A stretch of DNA of 64,000 nucleotides from Hyphococcus sp. (GTDB lineage: Bacteria > Pseudomonadota > Alphaproteobacteria > Caulobacterales > Parvularculaceae). The notes beneath the pieces are model-generated. The model saw nothing but the letters and a program-made list of their open reading frames with translations, did not search any database and was not told the origin of the DNA. The stretch is taken from assembly GCA_021776395.1 (NCBI GenBank), contig JAJFFZ010000076.1:13641-77640 (forward strand), read 5' to 3'. Each line of letters begins with the position of its first letter. The stretch's first letter is position 1. The translations under genes and the position numbers were made by a program. Shown here in pieces: positions 10,275 to 19,747 of this stretch.

Positions 10275-12644
10275 CTAACCCCAGCCGCCGGTTATAACGT
10301 GCAACAGGCGTTCCGGCGTCGCCGGCGCGTCAAGCGACGGGTAGTGCGCGCGCCCCGTCGCATTCGCCGCTGCGTCAGACAGCGCCATCAAAACCGAAAT
10401 GCCCAGCATCAGCGGCGGCTCACCGACAGCTTTCGAGCGATAGATGGTTTCCTCACGGTTTGTTCCGCGCTTCCAAATCGCAATGTTCATATCCGGCGCG
10501 CGATCAGACGCGGTTGGAATTTTGTAGGTTGAGGGCGCATGAGTTTTTAACCGCCCCGCCTCATCCCACACCAGTTCCTCGCTAGTCAGCCACCCGGCGC
10601 CTTGTGCAAACCCGCCCTCGATCTGGCCAAGGTCAATCGCCGGGTTGAGCGACTTGCCGACGTCATGAAGGATATCGACGCGCAACAGGCGATGCTCGCC
10701 GGTTAGCGGGTCGATGACAACTTCCGAGACCGCTGCGCCATATGCGAAATAAAAGAACGGCCGGCCGGTTCCGGCAGTGCGGTCCCATTCGATTTTCGGC
10801 GTTGCGTAAAACCCTGTCGCCGAGAGCGACACCCGCGCCAGATAGGCTTTGGCGATCAGATCATCGAACGCAACCTCATCATCGCCGATCAGAACCCGGC
10901 CTGGCCGGAACGCAACCTTGTCCGCGGCGACGCCCCATTCGGACGATGCAAAGCCAGTCAACCGTTGTTTGATTTTTTCGCACGCATCAAGCGCGGCCAT
11001 GCCATTTAAATCCGTGCCGGAGGACGCCGCCGTTGCCGACGTATTGGGCGCCTTGCCGGTGTTGGTCGGGGTGATTTTTACCCGATCGATATCGATCTGA
11101 AATGCCTCAGCGACAATTTGAGCGACTTTGATGAACAGCCCCTGCCCCATCTCGGTGCCGCCATGATTGAGATGCACGGAACCGTCGGAATAGACATGGA
11201 CAAGCGCGGCGGCCTGGTTGAGATGGGTTTTTGTGAACGATATGCCGAACTTTACCGGCGTTAAAGCAATGCCGCGTTTCAATAGCGGTTGCTTTGCATT
11301 CCAATCGGTTATCTCCGTGCGTCGCGCTTCATAATCTGATGATGCAACCAGCTCATCGACAATCTCGCCAATGACGCAATCTTCAACCTTCATATGATAG
11401 GGCGTCAGATTACGCTCACTCGCTGTGTCTTTGTCAGCGGCGTAAAAATTGACACGGCGCACCTCCAGCGGGTCCTTGTCGAGCTTGAAGGCGATTTCAT
11501 CAATCACGCGTTCAATAGCAACCATGCCTTGCGGCCCGCCAAAGCCGCGAAAGGCAGTATTGGATACGGTGTTGGTTTTACAGCGATAGGAATTGATCAG
11601 AACATTCGCCAGATAGTAACAATTATCGGCGTGAAACATCGCCCTGTCGCAGATCGCCAGCGAGAGATCATGCGACCAGCCGCAGCGCGCCGCCTGATCC
11701 ATAATAATCGAATGAATGCGCCCGTCATCATCAAAACCGACATGATAGTCTATCCGAAAATCATGCCGCTTGCCGGTCATAACCATATCATCGTCGCGGT
11801 CATAACAGACCTTCGCCGCCTGGCCGGTGCGTTTCGCAATCAGCGCTACTGCGGCGGCGGGAAGGTTTCCGTTGGTTTCTTTGCCGCCAAAGCCACCGCC
11901 CATGCGGCGCACTTCAACGGTGACGGCGTTAAAAGCAACGCCGAGCACGCCGGCGGTTTTATGTTGAATTTCTGTCGGGTGCTGCGACGAGCAATAGACC
12001 GTGACATCGCCATCCTCCCCCGGAACCGCCAGCGCTGCTTGGCCCTCAAGATAGAAATGTTCCTGACCGCCAATGGTAATCCGGCCCTTTAATTTATGGG
12101 GGCTGGCCTTCATCGCAACGTCAACATCGCCGCGCGCCATTTTATAGGGTGGTTCCAGCCAGGATTTTGCGGCCATCGCATCTTCGATGGTCAACAGCGC
12201 CGGCAGGTCTTGATAGTCAATCTCTACCTTCGCCGCCGCCGCTCTTGCCGCCTCAAGACTTGACGCCGCAACGGCAAAAAGCGCCTGACCTTCACATTCC
12301 ACAACTCCGCCCGCAGCTCCGATGGCGAATAAGGGTTCATCGCTGACAATCGGACCGATATCATTCGCACCGGGAACATCATCCGCCGATATCACCGCGA
12401 CAACGCCCCCGCTTTCCAACGCCGCACGAAAATCAACCGTGCTTATTTTCGCATGAGCATGGGTGCTGATGGCGATATAGACATGAAGGCAACCTTCCGG
12501 CGTTGGAATATCATCAACATAAACCGCTTGCCCGGATGCATGCTTGAAGGCGCTGTCATGCATGACAGGCGCTGAGACAGAGCCGTAGAGCTTGCCGGCG
12601 CCTTCGCCGGATATCTGCCCGGAAGATTTTGCCGCGCCGCTCAC
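10275..12644 (-). CDS. xdhB: Xanthine dehydrogenase molybdopterin-binding subunit
   Basis: GGQEHFYLE, RRMGGGFGGKE, AFRGFGGPQG, GGTEMGQG and SKAVGEPPLML. Confidence 0.96.
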   Translation of the reverse strand: MSGAAKSSGQISGEGAGKLYGSVSAPVMHDSAFKHASGQAVYVDDIPTPEGCLHVYIAISTHAHAKISTVDFRAALESGGVVAVISADDVPGANDIGPIVSDEPLFAIGAAGGVVECEGQALFAVAASSLEAARAAAAKVEIDYQDLPALLTIEDAMAAKSWLEPPYKMARGDVDVAMKASPHKLKGRITIGGQEHFYLEGQAALAVPGEDGDVTVYCSSQHPTEIQHKTAGVLGVAFNAVTVEVRRMGGGFGGKETNGNLPAAAVALIAKRTGQAAKVCYDRDDDMVMTGKRHDFRIDYHVGFDDDGRIHSIIMDQAARCGWSHDLSLAICDRAMFHADNCYYLANVLINSYRCKTNTVSNTAFRGFGGPQGMVAIERVIDEIAFKLDKDPLEVRRVNFYAADKDTASERNLTPYHMKVEDCVIGEIVDELVASSDYEARRTEITDWNAKQPLLKRGIALTPVKFGISFTKTHLNQAAALVHVYSDGSVHLNHGGTEMGQGLFIKVAQIVAEAFQIDIDRVKITPTNTGKAPNTSATAASSGTDLNGMAALDACEKIKQRLTGFASSEWGVAADKVAFRPGRVLIGDDEVAFDDLIAKAYLARVSLSATGFYATPKIEWDRTAGTGRPFFYFAYGAAVSEVVIDPLTGEHRLLRVDILHDVGKSLNPAIDLGQIEGGFAQGAGWLTSEELVWDEAGRLKTHAPSTYKIPTASDRAPDMNIAIWKRGTNREETIYRSKAVGEPPLMLGISVLMALSDAAANATGRAHYPSLDAPATPERLLHVITGGWG

Positions 12645-14107
12645 AGGAATGCGCTCCCATGGCCGACAAGCCGCGTTTGCGCCAGTGGCGCTTGCGTCTC
12701 AAGAAAATATTTCATCAAAAGGTTTTGCGCCGTACGAAGCCGGTAATCTGCGCTCGCGCGCATATCGCTCATCGGCGTAAAATCTTTGGCGAACTCTTTC
12801 ATCGCCAATTCTACGCGCGCCCGATCCCAGCGTTTTCCAACCAGCGCCGCCTCAACGCTCAGCGCTCGTTTTGGAGTCGCGGCCATGCCGCCAAACGCAA
12901 TCCGGGCGGCGGCGACTACATCGTCCGAGACTTTGATATTAAAACATCCGCACAAGGCTGAAATATCCTGGTCGAAACGTTTGGATATTTTGTAGCACTT
13001 CAGTTCATCGGCAACGGCCGCAAGAGGCACACGCACAGCCTCAACAAACTCGCCGGGCTTGCGGTCCTGACGGCCATAGGCGAGGAAGAAATCTTCCAGC
13101 GGTAATGTCCGCCGCTGCGCGGCCTGACGCAGCACCAGCTTGGCGTCCAGCGCAATCAGCGCCGGCGGCATATCGCCAATCGGCGAGCCGTTCGCAATAT
13201 TGCCGCCGATGGTGCCGGCGTTGCGCACCTGAACCGCGCCGATCCGCCGAACCAGCTCGCCGAGATCGGGATAGGCTTGCGCTAAAACATCAATCGCATC
13301 CGAATAGGTAACGCCGGCGCCAATAATTAAATCTTGGCCATTACGTCCAATAGACGCTAAATCACGCACGCGATTTAAAAATATCACCTTTAGCAGGCGC
13401 TCACGCGCTTTTGTTACCCACAAGCCGACATCGGTGGCGCCCGCAATAAGTGTTGCATCGGGGTGCCTCGCATAAATCTCCGCAAGCTGATCGCTGGTCG
13501 CCGGCAAGAACGCCCGCGCCGCACCATGTTCAATTTCAACCGGCTCTTTATGGTCCAGCAAACGCAATTGCTCCAGCTCAACACCGTCATCGTTGCTTTG
13601 GTCAGATGTCTTCGCGCCGCGCCCAATCGTCTCCGCCGCTTTTAGTATCGGGCCGTAACCAGTACAGCGGCACAAGTTTCCCGCCAGCACATCGTTGGCG
13701 GCGGCTAATGGCAGCATCGTGCGATTACGATACGCGGTATAAAGCGACATCACAAACCCGGGCGTGCAAAACCCGCATTGTGAAGCGTCGTTCTCCATCA
13801 TCGCCCGCTGAACCGGATGCGGCGCATCGCTGTCGCGCGCCAACCCTTCAACGGTCGTGATCGACGCGCCGTCAAGGCTCGGCATAAACCGGATACAGGC
13901 GTTAATCGCCTCGCATTTAACGGCGCCATCGGCAGTCAGAGTACTGACATTTACTGTACACGCGCCGCAATCGCCCTCCGCACAGCCCTCTTTTGTTCCG
14001 CAGAATTTTTCATCCTCACGCAAATATCTCAACAGCGTTTGCGTTGGCGCAACGCCGCGAAGCACCTTCAACTCACCATTCAGATAAAACGATATCGTAT
14101 CGCGCAT
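12641..14107 (-). CDS. xdhA: Xanthine dehydrogenase Fe-S/FAD subunit
   Basis: GTKEGCAEGDCGACT, SQCGFCTPG, GNLCRCTGY and KISKRFDQDIS. Confidence 0.96.
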   Translation of the reverse strand: MRDTISFYLNGELKVLRGVAPTQTLLRYLREDEKFCGTKEGCAEGDCGACTVNVSTLTADGAVKCEAINACIRFMPSLDGASITTVEGLARDSDAPHPVQRAMMENDASQCGFCTPGFVMSLYTAYRNRTMLPLAAANDVLAGNLCRCTGYGPILKAAETIGRGAKTSDQSNDDGVELEQLRLLDHKEPVEIEHGAARAFLPATSDQLAEIYARHPDATLIAGATDVGLWVTKARERLLKVIFLNRVRDLASIGRNGQDLIIGAGVTYSDAIDVLAQAYPDLGELVRRIGAVQVRNAGTIGGNIANGSPIGDMPPALIALDAKLVLRQAAQRRTLPLEDFFLAYGRQDRKPGEFVEAVRVPLAAVADELKCYKISKRFDQDISALCGCFNIKVSDDVVAAARIAFGGMAATPKRALSVEAALVGKRWDRARVELAMKEFAKDFTPMSDMRASADYRLRTAQNLLMKYFLETQAPLAQTRLVGHGSAFL

Positions 14108-14110
14108 GTT

Positions 14111-14482
14111 TTAACTGCCGCGATAGGTTGAATAGCCATAAGGTGAGACAAGCAGCGGCACATGATAACTCGCATCACTATCGGCAACGCCAAACCTGAT
14201 GACAACAATATCGATAAACTTCGGTTCCGGCAGGCTAAGCCCAAGCGCGTCGAAATATTCGCCGATGTGAAACTCCAGCATATACTGGCCGGCGACAAAG
14301 CCGGCGCCGCTCAATAGCGGTTCATCACATCGCCCGTCGCTATTGGTTGTAACCGAGCGCAATTTTGTCGCTGTTTGCTCCGCCTCAGACGCGCCCTTTT
14401 CAACTCTATAGAGGTCGATACGCACCCGCGCCGCCGGCTTGCCGGCGCTGACATCGAGAATATGTGTGGTTAGTTTTCCCAA
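14111..14482 (-). CDS. uraH: 5-hydroxyisourate hydrolase (transthyretin-like)
   Basis: LTTHILD, TNSDGR and YHVPLLVSPYGYSTYRGS C-terminus; probable TTG start at 14482. Confidence 0.95.
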   Translation of the reverse strand: MGKLTTHILDVSAGKPAARVRIDLYRVEKGASEAEQTATKLRSVTTNSDGRCDEPLLSGAGFVAGQYMLEFHIGEYFDALGLSLPEPKFIDIVVIRFGVADSDASYHVPLLVSPYGYSTYRGS

Positions 14483-14734
14483 AGATATTACCGCCCTATT
14501 TGGAGGAAGGCCTTGCCGAGAAATTTCGCGGCTAGTAACGCGCGCACTCAAGAAGCCTTCATCCCAGTTGCTATCATCCCATCACGCAACGAATTTTTAC
14601 AACGAATAAGGATATAATGAATCGCCATAAATTCGAAACCGGCGAAAATTCTTCAACAAGCATTTGCCGGTCAGCTGTCATACGCCCCCATAGCTTACGG
14701 CGCAACAGATGCGGCCTGGTCTGGGCTTTGAATT

Positions 14735-15433
14735 TCAACGCACAACAGGCCTGCCGGCCCAATGAATTGGCTCGCCGCCGTGCTCTTCCAGATATTGGTT
14801 GGCTTTGGAAAAATGCTTACAGCCGAGAAAGCCGCGATAGGCGGATAATGGCGAGGGATGGGGTGAGGTGAGAACCCTGTTATCGCGGCTGTTGATGATG
14901 TCGAGTTTTTTCTGCGCATGACTGCCCCACAGCATATAGACGATGCCGCGCCGCTGTGCGCTCAACTGCCGGATCGCACCGTCCGTAAACGTCTCCCAGC
15001 CCTTTTTGGCGTGCGATGCGGCAAGGCCTTTTTCGACGGTTAGCACCGTATTCAACAACAACACGCCCTGCCCCGCCCAGTCATCAAGAGCGCCTAGCGT
15101 CCGCAACTCGCCGCCAATATCGTTTTGAATTTCTGCAAATATGTTCTTTAAAGACGGCGGCGGCTTCGCGCTTGCGGGCACAGAAAAAGAAAGCCCCATC
15201 GCCTGGCCCGGCCCGTGATAGGGGTCTTGACCGAGGATCACGACTTTAACCTTCGACAACGGCGTCAGGTTGAATGCATTGAAGATTAAATCTTTCGGCG
15301 GATAGATGGTCACGCCTCTTTCGGTCTCGCTGCGCAAAAACGAAACCATCCGCTGATAGTCGGGCCGCTCAAACTCACTTTTTAAAGCATCGCGCCAACC
15401 GCTATCGGAAAAAGGTATATCGAAATCGATCAC
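14735..15433 (-). CDS. ung: Family-1 uracil-DNA glycosylase
   Basis: VVILGQDPYHG, GLSFSV, PPSLKNI, GVLLLN and HPSPLSAYRGF. Confidence 0.95.
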   Translation of the reverse strand: MIDFDIPFSDSGWRDALKSEFERPDYQRMVSFLRSETERGVTIYPPKDLIFNAFNLTPLSKVKVVILGQDPYHGPGQAMGLSFSVPASAKPPPSLKNIFAEIQNDIGGELRTLGALDDWAGQGVLLLNTVLTVEKGLAASHAKKGWETFTDGAIRQLSAQRRGIVYMLWGSHAQKKLDIINSRDNRVLTSPHPSPLSAYRGFLGCKHFSKANQYLEEHGGEPIHWAGRPVVR

Positions 15434-15638
15434 AGCAGAATTTAGCGCTCATCGCGTGGCTTCGCTCCAAGCCATTAGACCGATCCTTTAGCAATGCAAA
15501 TTCTCTTGCGTATTTTCAAACCAACAAAGTAGAAATGTTGAGTTTTCGGCCAAAACCGCGCATCGCGCACGCACAAAGATTGCATCTTCGATGCATTCTG
15601 GTCTAGTTTTGCTCCTTGGCAGCAGGGATTTTTATGAC

Positions 15639-16304
15639 ATGAGCGATGCTTTGAGCATTTATTTCGCCGGCGATCTGTTCGATCATAAGGACCTGATCGG
15701 CAATGCATTGCTGGCCTCTTATATCGAGCGGGAATCTTCCGGTCAGTACACATGTATTCTACCCCAAGACCTCGAACAGAGCAGCAACCGTAAAGAACAT
15801 ATCCGTAACCAGGACCTGAAGATGGTCATGGAAGCTGACCTTGGCCTGTTCAATTTCGATGGGCCCGATCTGGATTCCGGCACGGTGGTTGAGTTCGTCG
15901 TTGCAAAGCAGCTCGATATCCCGACCGTCATCTTGCGGTCGGATTTTCGCAGCGCCGGAGACCAGGATGCGGGCGGCGATAGCTGGAACCTGATGTGCTC
16001 ATTTTATCCGCGCAACGAGGTCATTTCTTTGAATGGCATGGAATGGTATCAAAAGGCGCGCGGCGACAATCGCCCGGTTCTGGATACGATAGACACATTA
16101 TATACAAAGCTGGCCGCGCGCATCATTGAAGGGTTTGAAGCTGCGCGCGCAACGCCGCCGCTTGCAACCGATCCGAAGCTTATCGAAAATCTGTATCAGT
16201 GGGCCATCCGGTTTCCGGGCGCCGGGCTTGAAGAATTTATCGGCAATGAAAATTGGGTTGCGGAGATTATCGAGAAAAAGAAACGTAAAGGGCTGTTTGA
16301 GTAA
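15639..16304 (+). CDS. Nucleoside 2-deoxyribosyltransferase / N-glycosidase family protein
   Basis: IYFAGDLF, DLDSGTVVE (catalytic Glu), SDFR and WNLM motifs typical of the NDT fold. Confidence 0.8.
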   Translation: MSDALSIYFAGDLFDHKDLIGNALLASYIERESSGQYTCILPQDLEQSSNRKEHIRNQDLKMVMEADLGLFNFDGPDLDSGTVVEFVVAKQLDIPTVILRSDFRSAGDQDAGGDSWNLMCSFYPRNEVISLNGMEWYQKARGDNRPVLDTIDTLYTKLAARIIEGFEAARATPPLATDPKLIENLYQWAIRFPGAGLEEFIGNENWVAEIIEKKKRKGLFE

Positions 16305-16339
16305 TTTAAGGTTCCACGATTTTTCTGGGAGATAAACAC

Positions 16340-17299
16340 ATGTTCGACGTCGTCGTTGTCGGCAGCTATGTTCAGGACCTGGCTTTTAACACAGAGATTT
16401 TTCCGGCGCCTGGCGAGACACGCATTGGCGCCTTCCGCACCGGTCCCGGCGGCAAAGGCTTCAACCAGGCCGTTGCTTGCAACCGGCTAGACATTAAAAC
16501 CTTGTTTATCGGCGCGGTTGGCGATGATATTTTCGCCCAAGGCGTGCGCGAATTTATTGCTTCGGAAGGGCTTAGCGCAGAGTTGCAGGTTTGCACCGAC
16601 CATCCCACGGGCGCGGCCTCCATTGTTGTCAATGGCGATGGACAAAACCTTATCGTTGTTGCGCTGGGCGCCAATGACCATTTGTCGTCCGATCATATCA
16701 GCGCGTTTTCGGCTCAGATTTCGCAAGCGAAATACCTTGTCTGTCAGGTTGAAAATAATATCCCGGCGACCGAAGCGGCGATGAAGATTGCGCGCGAGAA
16801 GGGTGTGACAACCATCCTCAACCCCGCGCCAATTAATGACGGCCTGACGCGCGAGCTGGTGCAACGCGCAGATATTCTGGTCCCGAACGAAACCGAATTT
16901 GTGTTTTTGATGAACACGGTTTTGGACCACAACATCCCGAATGATTTTTGGCTCCAGGACGACGCCAGCATCCACCAGTTTTGCCGGCAATCCGGCGCTG
17001 CAACTGTCGTGCTGACTCTGGGTGATAAGGGCTGCTTTGTTTCGTTTGACGAAAACTCCGACAACGCCCGCAACTCTACCGACGGCCCTTATTATCGTAT
17101 CGGCGCGAACAGTGTTAATGTCGTTGACACGACCGGCGCAGGCGATGCATTCAATGGCGGGCTGGCCGCTGGGCTGGTGCGCTTTCCGGGTGAATTCCGC
17201 ACCGCCATCGAATATGCAAATAAAGTCGCCGGTCTCTCGACCACAAAGCCCGGCACGGCGCCGGCGATGCCTACGCTTAAAGAAATCGAGGCGCTCTAG
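16340..17299 (+). CDS. rbsK: Ribokinase (PfkB family; possibly deoxyribokinase)
   Basis: PGGKGFNQA, LNPAP, PNETE and DTTGAGDAF. Confidence 0.88.
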   Translation: MFDVVVVGSYVQDLAFNTEIFPAPGETRIGAFRTGPGGKGFNQAVACNRLDIKTLFIGAVGDDIFAQGVREFIASEGLSAELQVCTDHPTGAASIVVNGDGQNLIVVALGANDHLSSDHISAFSAQISQAKYLVCQVENNIPATEAAMKIAREKGVTTILNPAPINDGLTRELVQRADILVPNETEFVFLMNTVLDHNIPNDFWLQDDASIHQFCRQSGAATVVLTLGDKGCFVSFDENSDNARNSTDGPYYRIGANSVNVVDTTGAGDAFNGGLAAGLVRFPGEFRTAIEYANKVAGLSTTKPGTAPAMPTLKEIEAL

Positions 17300-18249
17300 C
17301 CGCCAATCGGATGCCAGGTAGTTTTGGTTTCCTGCACGTCGATGATTTGATAGGGATCGGGCGCAACCGGTTTTTTGCGGATGATGACGCGCTTAATATT
17401 ATTGGCGGCCTGTTCCTGAATCATTTTAATTTCACTTGCATCATCGCCATTGGCTATGATCGCATTGACGTCCATGTGCGAAGCAAATTGTTCGGCAAGC
17501 TCTTTTCTGTAGCCGGAAAGGATATTGATAACGCCGGCCGGCACGTCGGAAGAGTGCAGCACTTCAGCAAGACTGACCGCGCATAGTGGATTTTGCTCAG
17601 ACGCCAGAGCAATGGCCGTGTTTCCACCGGCGATGACCGGCGCGATGGCCTCAACAAACCCTAACAGCGCGTTTTCCCGGCCCGCGAGGACACTCACCAC
17701 GCCGACCGGCTCTAAAATAGAAAAGTTGAAATGCGAGGAGGCGACCGGGTTCACGGCGCTAAACACCTGCTGATATTTATCCGTCCAGCCGGCGTAATAA
17801 ACCAGGCAGTCTATTGTCGCGGTGACTTCACGCGATGCGGCGCGCTTGTCCACGCCCATGAGTTTAAGCTCGGCGACAAACTGTTCGGCCCGCGCCTCAA
17901 GCATTTCCGCCACCCGGTATAAAATCTGACCGCGCAAGTATGCGCTGGCGCCCGCCCAACCGCTAAACGCAGCGCGCGCCGCCAACACAGCTTCGCGAAA
18001 ATCCTTGCGGCTGGCGCGGCACATATTGGCGGCGATGTTTCCCTTAGCGTCCGCCACGGTAAAATACCGGCCGGATTCGGTGCGGGGGAACTTGCCGTTG
18101 ATGTAAAGCTTATAGGTCTTTGCTATGCCTAGCCGGATAGCAGCCGGCGGTTTTGCGCGCGCGAGTCTTGCCGATTTGGCGGCGCTCTGCGCTTCGCGCG
18201 GCGATGCGCTGTCGATGCTGCGCCCTTCGGCTTTTACGGTCTTATCCAT
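17296..18249 (-). CDS. ALDH-like protein lacking the catalytic domain (ALDH16 C-terminal-like module)
   Basis: KTYKLYINGKFPRTESGR and ALDH NAD-binding-like segments, ending KTTWHPIG; no ELGGK and no catalytic Cys motif. Confidence 0.82.
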   Translation of the reverse strand: MDKTVKAEGRSIDSASPREAQSAAKSARLARAKPPAAIRLGIAKTYKLYINGKFPRTESGRYFTVADAKGNIAANMCRASRKDFREAVLAARAAFSGWAGASAYLRGQILYRVAEMLEARAEQFVAELKLMGVDKRAASREVTATIDCLVYYAGWTDKYQQVFSAVNPVASSHFNFSILEPVGVVSVLAGRENALLGFVEAIAPVIAGGNTAIALASEQNPLCAVSLAEVLHSSDVPAGVINILSGYRKELAEQFASHMDVNAIIANGDDASEIKMIQEQAANNIKRVIIRKKPVAPDPYQIIDVQETKTTWHPIGG

Positions 18250-18266
18250 GCTCGATCGCCTCAAAT

Positions 18267-19742
18267 TTAGTGCAGGTCCAGGTAAGCGGAAAGGCCGTGC
18301 ATTCCGCCCTCCCTGCCGATGCCGCTTTCTTTGTAACCGCCAAAGGGTGATGTCGGGTCGAACTTATTGAAAGTGTTGGCCCATATGACGCCTGCGCGCA
18401 TTTTGGCGCCAACATTGAAGATTTTTGCGCCCTTGTCTGTCCATATGCCGCCCGACAAGCCGTATTGCGTATTGTTAGCCTTGGCCACCGCCTCATCGAG
18501 GGTGCGGAAAGTTTGTATCGCTAGGACGGGCCCAAATATTTCTTCCCGGACTATCCGGTGCGACTGCGCAACATTGGTGAACAAAGTCGGTTGGCACCAA
18601 TAACCCTTGTCAGGGTTTTTGCCGCCGCATTGAAACATCTCCGCGCCTTCTTCCTGTCCGAGGTCGAGATAGGCGTTGATGCGTTCTAATTGCGCCGCCG
18701 AATTAATCGCGCCGATATCGGTGTTCTTGTCGAGCGGATCGCCGACAATCAATGTCTGCATACGTTCCTTCAGCTTGGCGACAACTTCATCAGCGACGGA
18801 TTCCTGAACCAGCAACCGCGAACCGGCGCAACAGACATGTCCCTGGTTGAAAAATATCGCATTGACGATGCCTTCAACGGCTTGATCGATGGCGGCGTCG
18901 GCGAAAACGATGTTGGCGGCCTTGCCGCCCAGTTCCAACGTGTATTTTTTGTCCGTTCCGGCCAGTGCGCGCTGAATGATGCGGCCGACATTGGTGGAGC
19001 CGGTAAAGGCGATTTTATTGACGTCTTCATGATTGACAATTGCCGCACCGGTCGAGCCGTCGCCGGTGAGGATATTGACGACGCCCGGCGGCAAGTCTGC
19101 CGCCTCCATTACCTCCGCCAGCTTTAAAGCGGTGAGCGGCGTCGTTTCCGCCGGTTTCAACACCACCGTATTGCCGCACGCCAAAGCCGGTGCAATCTTC
19201 CACGCCGCCATAAGCAACGGGAAGTTCCATGGAATGATCTGGCCGGCGACGCCAAGCGATTGCGGCGTCCGGCATGGGAATGCATAGTCTAATTTATCCG
19301 CCCACCCCGCATAATAGAAAAAATGCGCCGCCGCGAGGGGAATATCAACATCGCGCGCCTCACGGATAGGCTTGCCGCCATCCATGGATTCAATCACCGC
19401 AAATTCGCGGGCGCGCTCCTGAATGATGCGGGCGATGCGGTAAATATATTTACCGCGCTCGGCAGGCTTCATCTTCGACCACACAGTGTCATAAGCGTCG
19501 CGCGCAGATTTCACGGCCCGGTCCACATCAGCGACGCCAGCATGCGCCACCCGCGCCAAAACCTTCTCATTGGCGGGGTTGATGGTGTCAAAATATTTGC
19601 CCGATTTCGGCGCCACAAATTTGCCGCCGATAAATAATTTGTACTGGTCTTTAATTTCAACGTGATCGATGCTCTCCGGCGCCGGAGAATAGGCCCATCC
19701 GGTGTCAAAGTTTAAACTGTGCGGCGCGGTTGCCTTGTTCAT
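18267..19742 (-). CDS. Aldehyde dehydrogenase (probably acetaldehyde; ALDH16 N-terminal-like)
   Basis: IIPWNFPL, KPAETTP, FTGST, LELGGK, NQGHVCCAG and EEIFGP; downstream of deoC. Confidence 0.93.
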   Translation of the reverse strand: MNKATAPHSLNFDTGWAYSPAPESIDHVEIKDQYKLFIGGKFVAPKSGKYFDTINPANEKVLARVAHAGVADVDRAVKSARDAYDTVWSKMKPAERGKYIYRIARIIQERAREFAVIESMDGGKPIREARDVDIPLAAAHFFYYAGWADKLDYAFPCRTPQSLGVAGQIIPWNFPLLMAAWKIAPALACGNTVVLKPAETTPLTALKLAEVMEAADLPPGVVNILTGDGSTGAAIVNHEDVNKIAFTGSTNVGRIIQRALAGTDKKYTLELGGKAANIVFADAAIDQAVEGIVNAIFFNQGHVCCAGSRLLVQESVADEVVAKLKERMQTLIVGDPLDKNTDIGAINSAAQLERINAYLDLGQEEGAEMFQCGGKNPDKGYWCQPTLFTNVAQSHRIVREEIFGPVLAIQTFRTLDEAVAKANNTQYGLSGGIWTDKGAKIFNVGAKMRAGVIWANTFNKFDPTSPFGGYKESGIGREGGMHGLSAYLDLH

Positions 19743-19747
19743 CGGGT

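Noticed and set aside
14483-14734. Possible xanthine or purine riboswitch ahead of uraH-xdh
   Set aside because: No conserved motif or convincing structure seen; an Rfam scan would be needed.
14735-16304. ung + NDT as an anti-phage defence system
   Set aside because: The context is wholly catabolic (rbsK, deoC, xdh) with no defence or mobile genes; kept only as a salvage hypothesis.
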